From the NCBI GenBank assembly GCA_963715245.1, contig CAVQRM010000001.1:1218373-1282372 (forward strand): a stretch of 64,000 nucleotides of DNA. The letters run 5' to 3'. Both the position numbers and the translations under genes were made by a program. The notes under the pieces are model-generated. The model ran no database searches. It was given only the letters and a program-made list of their open reading frames with translations, and had not been told where the DNA came from. Source of the stretch: an uncultured Chloroflexia bacterium (GTDB taxonomy: Bacteria > Chloroflexota > Limnocylindria > Limnocylindrales > CSP1-4). The first letter of the stretch is position 1, and each line of letters begins with the position of its first letter. Below, piece by piece: positions 52,011-61,073 of this stretch.

Positions 52011-52352
52011 ATGGACAGCAGCCAGCTCGCCCTCGTCGCCCTGCTCGCGGCGATGCTGCTCGCCGTCGTGCTGCCGTGGCGCTTCCGCGCACCCGGCCGG
52101 GCGCTGCGCAAACGGTTCGTCTCGCTCGGCTCACTCAAGGGCAGGACGCGCAAGGAGATCGTCAAGGTCGTCGGGCAGCCGAGCACGGAGACACCCCTCC
52201 CGGACGGCCGCACCCTCCTCCAGTGGCGCGCGACCGGCTACCACATCGCGCTCGTGTTCGAGCGGAACGGCCGCTGCTTCGGCGTCACGCACGAGTACGG
52301 ACGCCGGATCGCGGCAGCCCCGCGCCCCGACGACGAGCGGCCCGCGGAGTAG
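52011..52352 (+). CDS. small membrane-anchored hypothetical protein (113 aa)
   Basis: ATG 52011 lies 7 nt after a TACATT hexamer (51998-52003), so it is possibly leaderless. N-terminal TM LALVALLAAMLLAVVLPW followed by a soluble domain. Confidence 0.55.
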   Translation: MDSSQLALVALLAAMLLAVVLPWRFRAPGRALRKRFVSLGSLKGRTRKEIVKVVGQPSTETPLPDGRTLLQWRATGYHIALVFERNGRCFGVTHEYGRRIAAAPRPDDERPAE

Positions 52353-52376
52353 CGGGCGCACTCGCGCCGGCGCCGA

Positions 52377-53693
52377 TCAGCGGTCCTCGATCCCGACGTA
52401 CGGCCGCTCGGGCGCGCCCGTGTAGACCTGCCGAGGACGCCCGATGCGGGACGCGGGATCGGTCATCATCTCGCGCCACTGGGCGATCCAGCCCGGCAGC
52501 CGTCCCATCGCGAACAGGACCGTGAACATCCGGGTCGGGAAGCCCAGGGCCCGGTAGATCACGCCGCTGTAGAAGTCGACGTTCGGGTACAGCTTGTGGT
52601 CGATGAAGTACGGGTCGGCGAGGGCGACCGCCTCGAGCGACATCGCGATGTCGAGCAGCGGATCGCGGGTCCCGGTCCGCTCGAGGATCGTGTCGGCGGA
52701 GCGCTTGATGATCGCCGCCCGCGGGTCGAAGTGCTTGTACACGCGGTGCCCGAAGCCCATCAGGCGGAACGGATCGCTCTTGTCCTTGGCGCGCGCGACC
52801 GCCTTGCTCACGTCCCCGCCGTCGGCCTGGATCGCCTTGAGCATGTCCAGGACCTCGGCGTTGGCGCCGCCGTGGAGCGGCCCCCACAGCGCGGCGATCC
52901 CGGCCGAGATCGAGGCGTACAGATTCGCGTGGCTCGAGCCGACGAGGCGCACGGTCGACGTGGAGCAGTTCTGCTCGTGGTCCGCGTGGAGGATCAGCAG
53001 CACGCGCAGCGCCTTCGCGATCTCGGGATCGACCACGTACTGCTCGGACGGGACGGCGAACATCATCCGCAGGAAGTTGGACTCGTAGTCCAGCGCGTTG
53101 TCGGGGTACACGAACGGCTGGCCGATCGACTTCTTGTAGGCGAACGCCGCCAGCGTCGGCATCTTGGCCATCAGCCGGATCGTGCTGATCTCGACGTGCT
53201 CGGGATTGAGCGGGTCCTCCGACGACTGGTAGAACGTGGACAGCGCCGCGACCGCCGAGGCGAGGATGGCCATCGGGTGGGCGTCCATCGGGAAGCCGTC
53301 GAAGAAGCGCCGGAACTCCTCGTGCAGGAGGGTGTGACGCGTGATCGAGGTCGTGAAGGTGTCGAGCTGCTCGGCCGTCGGAAGCTCGCCGTAGATGAGC
53401 AGGTACGCGGTCTCGAGGAAGGTCGACTGCTCGGCCAGCTGCTCGATGGGGTAGCCGCGATAGCGCAGGATCCCGTTCTCGCCGTCGAGATAGGTGATGG
53501 CGCTCTTCGTCGCCGACGTGTTCGCGAACCCGTAGTCGAGCGCGGTGAAGCCGGTGTCCTTGAGCAGCGCCGCGACGTCGACGGCCGGGCTCCCGTCGGT
53601 CGCCTCGACGATCGGAAGCTGGAGGGTCGTGTCGCCGATCTGGAGCGCCGCGGACTTGGCGGCATCGGCGCGTGGCTCAGCCATGGCAGTCAT
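52377..53693 (-). CDS. gltA: citrate synthase (type II)
   Basis: ATG 53693 (alternative 53684). ILRYRGYPIEQLAE, LLILHADHEQNCSTSTVRLVGSS, GPLHGGANE-type motif GPLHGGANAEV, MGFGHRVYK, DFYSG. Confidence 0.95.
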   Translation of the reverse strand: MTAMAEPRADAAKSAALQIGDTTLQLPIVEATDGSPAVDVAALLKDTGFTALDYGFANTSATKSAITYLDGENGILRYRGYPIEQLAEQSTFLETAYLLIYGELPTAEQLDTFTTSITRHTLLHEEFRRFFDGFPMDAHPMAILASAVAALSTFYQSSEDPLNPEHVEISTIRLMAKMPTLAAFAYKKSIGQPFVYPDNALDYESNFLRMMFAVPSEQYVVDPEIAKALRVLLILHADHEQNCSTSTVRLVGSSHANLYASISAGIAALWGPLHGGANAEVLDMLKAIQADGGDVSKAVARAKDKSDPFRLMGFGHRVYKHFDPRAAIIKRSADTILERTGTRDPLLDIAMSLEAVALADPYFIDHKLYPNVDFYSGVIYRALGFPTRMFTVLFAMGRLPGWIAQWREMMTDPASRIGRPRQVYTGAPERPYVGIEDR

Positions 53694-54052
53694 GGGACGT
53701 AATCCTCGTGCGAGTGAGGGCGGATGGCGCCCAGTCGGCACCGTGGCCGTCATCGTGGGCCGTTCAGCGCGGGGTTCCAGAGCCCTTCGGCCCGGTACCG
53801 ATGGCTCCTCTCGGACCATCTCGCCGCCGGCCTCGATCCCGGCATCGATCCAGGATCGCTGATAAGGTCTCGCCCGCAACCGGCCATCGACAAGGATTTC
53901 AACCACATATCGCCGCCCCGGCGGGGCCTCCCGCCGTGCGGTCGACCGCTTGTCGATCGTCCCTGCGCGCTCATCCCCCTTCGGGGCGTGGATGAGCCCT
54001 CTCTCCCCGTGCCGGGCGGCGCTGTCCCATCGCCGCGACGGTCATCTGTCGC

Positions 54053-54838
54053 GTGGTGGCAGAGAGGAACAGCTTGGGTTTCCGAATCACCGGCCTGCGG
54101 GCCATCACGCTCGGCACGATCGTCGCGGTCGCCGGCGTCACCGTCCCCACCGCGCTCGTGGTGGGGATCTCACCGTCCGCCGGATCAACCGCGGCCATCT
54201 CCTTCTCGGACGTCGTCCTGCCCGACGGAGCCCCGGGCTCCGGACCCGCCGGACCGAGCTCCGCCTCCCGGCTCCCGACCGCCGAGCTCATCCTCGAGCC
54301 CGGCGACGAGCAGCCCCTGGCGGTGAAGGCCCCGGACACCGCGGCGACGTGGGCCGCGGCGGTTCCGCCGGTGGTGACCCAGCGCCCAGCCCGAGTCCGG
54401 CACAAGGCAGTGGCCGCCGTCGCGAAGCCGAAGCAGACCCAGACCGCGACCGCGACGGCGTCCGGCGCACGGGCCCGTGTCGTGCAGGTCGCCCTCGCCC
54501 AGCGCGGAGACCGGTACGTCAGCGGCGGAACCGGACCCGACACCTTCGACTGCTCCGGCCTCGTGCGCTACGCCTACCGCGTCGCCGGCGTCTCGGGCAG
54601 GCTCGGTGGCGGGCACTCGGCGGCCGCCATGTACGCCTGGGGCAAGGCGAACGGCCTCACCAGCCGGTCCAATCCCCGCATCGGTGACGTCGTGATCTAT
54701 GGCGGCGGTTCGCACGCCGGGATCTACATCGGCAACGGCCGGATCGTGAGCGCGCTCAACTCGCGCCAGGGCATCCGGATCACCGGGCTCCATGCGCTCG
54801 GCGCGCCGTTCACGGCGTTCATCCACACGCGGATCTAG
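54053..54838 (+). CDS. NlpC/P60 (C40) family cell-wall peptidase
   Basis: C-terminal domain GDRYVSGGTGPDTFDCSGLVRYAY...GDVVIYGG.SHAGIYIGNGRIVSA carries the Cys and His catalytic residues. N-terminal TM. The start could also be TTG 54074 (AGAGGA RBS). Confidence 0.85.
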   Translation: MVAERNSLGFRITGLRAITLGTIVAVAGVTVPTALVVGISPSAGSTAAISFSDVVLPDGAPGSGPAGPSSASRLPTAELILEPGDEQPLAVKAPDTAATWAAAVPPVVTQRPARVRHKAVAAVAKPKQTQTATATASGARARVVQVALAQRGDRYVSGGTGPDTFDCSGLVRYAYRVAGVSGRLGGGHSAAAMYAWGKANGLTSRSNPRIGDVVIYGGGSHAGIYIGNGRIVSALNSRQGIRITGLHALGAPFTAFIHTRI

Positions 54839-55473
54839 CGCTCGAGGATCAGCGTCTGCCAGAAGCGGCCGCGGTGGGATGCCAGGGACCGGAGGCCGGC
54901 CGAGGTGGCCACCTCCAGCACGGCGTCCGTCCGGTGGACGTGCACCCGGAACGGGTCGTGGCGGAACGCGCTCCAGCGGTTGCTCACGCTGACGCCGGCG
55001 CGGATCCAGGCGTCGTCGCGGGGCAGGACCATGCCCAGGCGCCGGCGCGTCCGCTCGGCCGCCACGCGGACGAGCGCCTCCATGTGCGGGTAGCAGCAGA
55101 CCACCCGGTCCAGCGCGACGAGATCGGCCGGCGGCAGCTCCGGCGCAAGGGCGACCGCGTCACCCTTGTGGTACGTCACCCGCTCCGCGAGACCCCGACG
55201 GATCGCCTCGCCGCGCGCGGCGTCGAGGTACGGGCCCGAGGCATCCACGTCGACCGCGGTTGCGGCACCCGCCTCGAGCAGGGCGTGGTGGACGGCACCG
55301 ACGCCGGCGCCGATGTCCAGGACGGTCATCCCGGCGACGCCGTCCGCGGTGAGTCCCGCGACGAGCCGCCTCGACCAGCCGGTCGGGCCATTGCGCCGGT
55401 AGTCGCGCAGGCGCTCGTCCGCACGATGCGCGTCGAACGTGTCGTCGTAGATGGTGGGGTCACAGCAGTCCAC
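54835..55473 (-). CDS. class I SAM-dependent methyltransferase
   Basis: GTG 55473. Motif I VLDIGAGVGAV, followed by acidic VDVDAS and DLVALDRV. The 3' end overlaps the convergent NlpC/P60 stop by 4 nt. Confidence 0.85.
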   Translation of the reverse strand: MDCCDPTIYDDTFDAHRADERLRDYRRNGPTGWSRRLVAGLTADGVAGMTVLDIGAGVGAVHHALLEAGAATAVDVDASGPYLDAARGEAIRRGLAERVTYHKGDAVALAPELPPADLVALDRVVCCYPHMEALVRVAAERTRRRLGMVLPRDDAWIRAGVSVSNRWSAFRHDPFRVHVHRTDAVLEVATSAGLRSLASHRGRFWQTLILER

Positions 55474-55544
55474 CCGCGAATGCTAGTCGTGCGGGCCACC
55501 AGACTCAACCGGCACCTGTCCGTCGCCCTCCGTACCATCGCGGC

Positions 55545-56411
55545 ATGACACACGATCCATCGAACCTGCCGGTGCCGGTCAGAGCCCTCGAGCGCCTGAT
55601 GCACCAGGCCCCGCTGGTGGCATGGGGCCCGGACGCCGCGGACCTGCCGTGGGGCGACCCCGCGTTCAGCGAACGGATGCTCCGGGAGCACCTGGATCAA
55701 CGGCACGATCTCGCGAGCCGGCGGGAGTCCGTCATCGCGGACCAGGTCGACCGACTGGTCGAGTGGCTCGGCCTCCGGGCCGGGGACTCGCTGCTCGACC
55801 TCACCTGCGGCCCCGGCCTCGTCGCACGGGCATTCGCGAGGCGAGGGATCGAGGTGACCGGCGTCGACATCGCCCCGGCGGCCATCCGCCACGCCAGCAC
55901 GATCACTGACGGCCTGCCCTGCACGTTCATCGAGGGGGACGTCCGTGACGTCGAGCTCCCGCTCAACGTCTTCGATGCCGCCGTCTACCTGTACGGCCAG
56001 ATGGCCGTGGCGCGCCCGGACGACGTCGCCCGCATCCTCGACCGGGTCCGCCGGTCGCTCCGGGCCGGCGCGCCGCTCGCGCTCGAGGTCCGCGATCCGG
56101 CCACCGTCGATCGCTCGTCCAGTCGCTCCTGGTGGACGGGCACGGACGACCTGTGGGGCGATGGGTCTCACGTCCTGCTCCAGGAACAGGCGTGGGACGC
56201 GGACGCCCGTGCGACCGTGGAGCGGTACCACGTGATCGACGTCGCCACCGGGTCGGTGACGGTGCTCGGCGTCACGGAACGGGCCCTCGAGGTGGACGAC
56301 GTGCGAGCGGCCACCATCGCGGCCGGCTTCCCGTCGGCCGACATCCACCCGGCGTGGGGTGGGCTCGCCTTCGACGGCGCGGCCGACTGGAACGTCGTCA
56401 TCGCGCGCTGA
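55545..56411 (+). CDS. class I SAM-dependent methyltransferase
   Basis: Motif I LLDLTCGPGLVARAFARRG, GVDIAP, and post-I/II elements FDAAVYLYGQ. Confidence 0.85.
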   Translation: MTHDPSNLPVPVRALERLMHQAPLVAWGPDAADLPWGDPAFSERMLREHLDQRHDLASRRESVIADQVDRLVEWLGLRAGDSLLDLTCGPGLVARAFARRGIEVTGVDIAPAAIRHASTITDGLPCTFIEGDVRDVELPLNVFDAAVYLYGQMAVARPDDVARILDRVRRSLRAGAPLALEVRDPATVDRSSSRSWWTGTDDLWGDGSHVLLQEQAWDADARATVERYHVIDVATGSVTVLGVTERALEVDDVRAATIAAGFPSADIHPAWGGLAFDGAADWNVVIAR

Positions 56412-56544
56412 CCATGTCCGTCCGACACGGGTGCTGGTGTATCGTGCGCCACCACGCAGCACGCAGCGGGAGCGTCCCGCGCCGGATGCAGGGTGCTCCC
56501 AGCCGGCAGGATCGCCGGCCCAGCCCTGGAGGCAATCCCCGCAG

Positions 56545-57537
56545 ATGAGCCTGACCACGCGCATGCCCGGGCGCACGGCGATCGCCATCCTCGCCGTGAC
56601 GGCTGTGATCGCAGGTTGTTCCGCGTCGGGCGGTGCCACGCTGGCGCCGTCCTCCGCACCCGGCGAGACCGCCACCAACGTCGCCGGCGATCCGACGACC
56701 GACAAGCTGGCCCAGGTCCTCGATCGCGGCACGCTCGTAGGCATCTGGGAGCCGGACTACGCGCCGCTCTCCTGGAAGGTCGAAGACGCCACCCGGCCCG
56801 CCGGCACCAGGTGCCAGGACAACCAGCTTACGGGGCCCGAGGTCGCGGGGTACGACAACGACACCACCAAGCTCGTCGCGGAGCGGCTCGGGGTCGAGCC
56901 GTGCTTCATCACCGCCTCGTGGACGGAGGTCACCGGCGGTCACTGGGGCGACCGCTGGGACATCAACTACGGGTCCGGCTCGATCAACGCGGACCGGATG
57001 ACACGCCTGTGGATGACCCAGCCCTACTACGCGGTCGAGAACTACTACTACGTCAAGAGCGACAGCCCGTACCGGGTGGCGTCCGACCTCGACGGCAAGG
57101 CCATCGGGACGTGCGCGAGCTGCACCCACGAGTACTACCTCAAGGGTGAGCTCGAGATCCCGGGCGTCGACATCGACGTCGCCGTCACCGACCCGCAGAT
57201 CGTGACCTTCGTCCTCGAGCCGCCCGGGTTGCAGGCCGTCGCCGACGGCGACATCGAGGCATTCCTCGCCTCGGCGGTGATCGGCCAGCAGGCGCTCGCG
57301 GATGGGCTCCCGCTGCGGACCCTCGACGAGCCGGCGTTCGTCTACTACCCATCCGGGTTCGTTGACAAGTTCTCGGGCCTCGACGCCGGCCCATTCGTGC
57401 GCCGGGTGAACGAGATCGTGGAGGGACTCCACGCCGACGGCTCGCTCAAGGCGAAGGCGATCGAGTACTTCGGCGTGGACTGGGCGAGCCGTGCCGGTGC
57501 GTTCAACCTCGACGCCATCGGCCAGGTCCTCCCCTGA
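56545..57537 (+). CDS. family-3 solute-binding lipoprotein (amino-acid ABC SBP-like)
   Basis: Lipobox AVIAGCS. Bilobal SBP_bac_3-like pattern (LVGIWEPDYAPLSW..., GYDNDTTKLVAERLG, INADRMTRLWMTQPYY, GKAIGTCAS). No ABC permease or ATPase is adjacent. Its stop lies 1 nt before the kinase GTG. Confidence 0.85.
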   Translation: MSLTTRMPGRTAIAILAVTAVIAGCSASGGATLAPSSAPGETATNVAGDPTTDKLAQVLDRGTLVGIWEPDYAPLSWKVEDATRPAGTRCQDNQLTGPEVAGYDNDTTKLVAERLGVEPCFITASWTEVTGGHWGDRWDINYGSGSINADRMTRLWMTQPYYAVENYYYVKSDSPYRVASDLDGKAIGTCASCTHEYYLKGELEIPGVDIDVAVTDPQIVTFVLEPPGLQAVADGDIEAFLASAVIGQQALADGLPLRTLDEPAFVYYPSGFVDKFSGLDAGPFVRRVNEIVEGLHADGSLKAKAIEYFGVDWASRAGAFNLDAIGQVLP

Positions 57538-57538
57538 C

Positions 57539-60500
57539 GTGCGGATCCCCGGGCCGTGGAACCGGAGTCTCCAGGCTCGCCTGGTCGCGACCTTCCTGCT
57601 CATCGCCGGTGCGACGGTCGCGGTGGTCGGCGTCGTCATCTATCTCAGGGCGACCGACGACCTGACGACGTCGGCGTTCGAGCGCCTCGACGCGGTCGCC
57701 GAGGTGAAGGCGGACGCGCTGGACCGCTGGATCGACGAGCAGCGGCGGAACGTGGTGTTCGTCGGGGCCATTCCCGGCCTTGGCGATCAGGCCGCGGTTC
57801 TCCTCGACCTGACGGCGGCCCCCTCGGGGCGTGAGGAGGCACGCGGGGTCGTCGCGAGGACGCTGGACGTCGTCGTGAAGCAGGCGTCGGACGCCGGGGA
57901 GATCCTGGTCCTCGACCTCGACGGTACCGTCCGACTCTCGACGGTCCCGGGCCACGAGGGCCAGTCCCAGGCCGAGGAGTACTACTTCACCAACGGCCTG
58001 TCGCACGCGACGGTGCAGAACACGTACGTCTCAACGCTGACGGGACGCCCCACGATCACCGTGAGCAACCCCCTGTTCGACGCGGATGGCACGGGCCGGC
58101 GCATCGGGGTCATCGCGAGCAACCTCAACCTCGAGCGGATCGACCGCATCGTCCTCGAGCGGACCGGCCTCGGCGCCGGCGGGACGACGTACCTGGTCGG
58201 CCCAGACCGGCGCTTCCTGCACGAACGCCTCAACGCGGGTATCGGCGACGACGGTGTCGCGTCGGTGGGCATCGATCGGGCGCTCGCCGGCGAGACCGGT
58301 CGCGCCGTGTACACGGACTACCGCGGCGTGCCGGTCATCGGCGTGTATCGCTGGCTCGAGGAGCACGACGCCGCCCTGCTCGCGGAGCTGCCACAGGCCG
58401 AGGCGTTCGCGCCGGTCCAGTCGCTCACCGCGGTCCTCCTCGGCGTCGGGGTCGTCGCGGCGATCCTGCTCGCGATCGCGATCTGGCTCGTCGCCCGCCA
58501 GGTCACCCGGCCCTTGTACCGCCTCGAGACCGCGGCGACGGCGGTGGCCTCCGGCGACCTCACGGCATCGGCTCCGGTTGCATCGGAGGACGAGATCGGC
58601 CGGCTCACGACGGCGTTCAACGGGATGACGGCGCAGCTCCGGGAGAGCGTGGAGTCGCTCGAGCGCCGGGTCGAGGAGCGGACGGCCGAGCTGACCGAGG
58701 CCCTTGCCCGACAGGCGGAGGCGGAGCGGCAGTTCAGGCGTCTCGTCGAGGAGCTCCCGCTGTCCGTGTACATGGATCGGCCCGACACCCCACTCGGGGG
58801 TGTGCTCTACGTGAGCCCGCCAATCGAGGCAATGTTCGGCTATCCCGCCGAGGACTGGCATCGCGACGGCTTCTTCGAGGGCATCCTGCATCCCGACGAC
58901 CGCGATGGGATCGTCGTCGGACAAGGCACACAGCACGGGCTGGGCGACAGGGCGAACACCGAGTACCGGATCATGCGCAAGGACGGCCGCGTGGTGTGGA
59001 TCCGCGACGACAACCGCCTCATCCGGGACGCGCAGGGTGATCCGGAGTACGTGCTCGGGTTCTTCCTGGACATCACCGCGCAGCACGACGCGGCGGACGC
59101 GCTCCGGCGCCAGAAGCTCTACTTCGAATCCCTCGTCGAGATCAGCCCGGCCGCGGTCGTGACGATGGATCGCGACGAGCGGGTGACCGGCTGGAACCCG
59201 GCGGCCGAGCGCCTGTTCGGCTACGCGCCGGAGGAGGCGATCGGCCGGCGCATCGACGAGCTCGTCATGGGCTCCGACGAGATGCGCGCGGAGGGCGAGG
59301 GGGTCGCGAAAGATGCCCTCGAGCATGGGCGATCCACGCGGATCACCCGCCGCTCCGGGCGTGACGGCCGCGTGGTCGACGTCGAGATCGTCGTCGTCCC
59401 GCTCGTCGTGGATGGCGACCACACGGGCTTCTACGCCGTCTACCACGACATCACGGAGCTCCAGCGCGCGCGCCACGAGGCGGACGCCGCGAACCAGGCC
59501 AAGAGCACGTTCCTCGCCGCCATGAGCCACGAGATCCGCACCCCGATGAACGCGATCATCGGCATGAGCGGGTTGCTGCTCGAGACCGGTCTCGACGAGG
59601 AGCAGGCGGACTACGCGGAGACCATCCGGACCTCGGGCGACGCCCTGCTCACCATCATCAACGACATCCTCGACTTCTCGAAGATCGAGGCCGGCCGCGT
59701 CGAGCTCGACGATGCGCCTTTCGACCTCGGCCGCGTCGTGGAGTCGTGCCTCGACGTGCTCGCGCCGACAGCCGCGCGCAAGGGGATCGAGCTTGTCTTC
59801 TCGGCGCCGGTACCGCTGCCACGGGTCCGCGGCGACGCGGGTCGGCTGCGCCAGATCGTGCTCAACCTGCTGTCCAACGCCGTCAAGTTCACCGAGACCG
59901 GGGAGGTGGAGCTGAGGGCCGGCGCGGTCGAGCTGCCCGGAGACCGGTGGCAGGTGTCGGTCGATGTCCGCGACACCGGGATCGGGATCACGGAGGAGCA
60001 GCTCGGCCGCCTGTTCCAGAGCTTCAGCCAGGCCGACTCGAGCATCTCGAGACGGTTCGGCGGGACGGGACTCGGGCTGGCGATCAGCAGTCGCCTGGCG
60101 GAGGCGATGCACGGCTCGCTGCGGGCGGCGAGCAGCGGCGTGCCCGGCGACGGTGCGACGTTCCACCTGGAGCTCGAGCTGCCCGCGGCCGGTGATGCGC
60201 CCGAGGCATTGGCTGCGGACCTGGTCGAGCTTCGAGGGCGGCGCATCCTCGTGGTGGACGACAACGCGACGAACCGCCGGATCCTCGCCACACAGCTCGG
60301 CCGCTGGGGGGTCGAATTCGGCAGCCGTCGACGGCGCCGACGACGCGCTCCGCGCGCTGCGTGACGGCGGCGAGTTCGACCTCGTGCTGACCGACCTTCG
60401 GATGCCCGGCACCGACGGCCTCGAGCTGGCAGCGGCGATCGCCGACGCGGTGCCCGGACGGCCGGTCCCGCCGGTGCTCCTCCTCTCGTCGGTCGGGGAC

Positions 60501-61052
60501 CGGCTGCCAGCCGGCGCGCCCGTGGCCGGGAGCCTCGTCAAACCGGTCAAGCCGTCCGCGCTCCACGATGCGATCGTCACCGTCCTGGCCGGCCTCGCGG
60601 CACCGGCGCCCGCTCGCTCCGGCTCGGTGTCCGCCTTCGACTCGACCCTCGGCGCGCGCCACCCGCTGCGGATCCTCCTTGCCGAGGACAACGCCGTGAA
60701 CCAGAAGCTCGCCCAGCGGATGCTCGAGCGGATGGGCTACACGGCCGACACCGTCCGCGACGGCGCGCAGGCGGTCGCCGCAGTGGGCGGCGGTGCCTAC
60801 GACGTCGTGCTGATGGACGTCCAGATGCCGGAGCTCGACGGGCTCGAGGCAACTCGTCGCATCCGGGCCGGCGAGACTGGACGCCGAGTCCACATCGTGG
60901 CGATGACCGCAAACGCGATGTCCGAGGACCGTGAGGCCTGCCTTGACGCGGGCATGGACGACTACGTGTCCAAGCCAATTCGTCCCGAGGCGCTCGCGGC
61001 GGCGCTCGAGCGAGCAGGAATCTCGAGCCAGGAGGGTCGAGGCGCCGGCTGA
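57539..61052 (+). pseudogene. hybrid sensor histidine kinase (dCache-TM-HAMP-PAS-PAS-HisKA-HATPase-REC-REC) split by a frameshift inside the first REC domain (about 60306-60321)
   Basis: Frame 1 (57539..60364) carries the sensor, H-box [10 protein letters not shown] box LLSNAVKFT, and G boxes DTGIGI / GGTGLGLAIS, then RILVVDDNATNRRILATQLGRWGVEF followed by junk. The REC domain continues in the frame of track ORF 59964 from 60321 (AAVDGADDALRALRDGGEFDLVLTDLRMPGTDG...LVKPVK), then a second REC (ILLAEDNAVNQ...VLMDVQMPELDG...YVSKPI). Confidence 0.9.
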
Positions 61053-61073
61053 CCGCGCGCGAACGGGCCCCGG

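Noticed and set aside
53694-54052. Possible ydaO (c-di-AMP) riboswitch in the 360-bp region upstream of the NlpC/P60 gene. This is a common association in actinobacteria.
   Set aside because: The conserved ydaO blocks I remember (ACGGGGGACCC-type, GGGGUGAAUC, CCCGAA.CCG.CAGCUAAC.CCG.AGGC) are absent on the relevant strand. Only a generic hairpin with a UUCG loop is present (GCTCATCC...GGATGAGC around 53970-54000).
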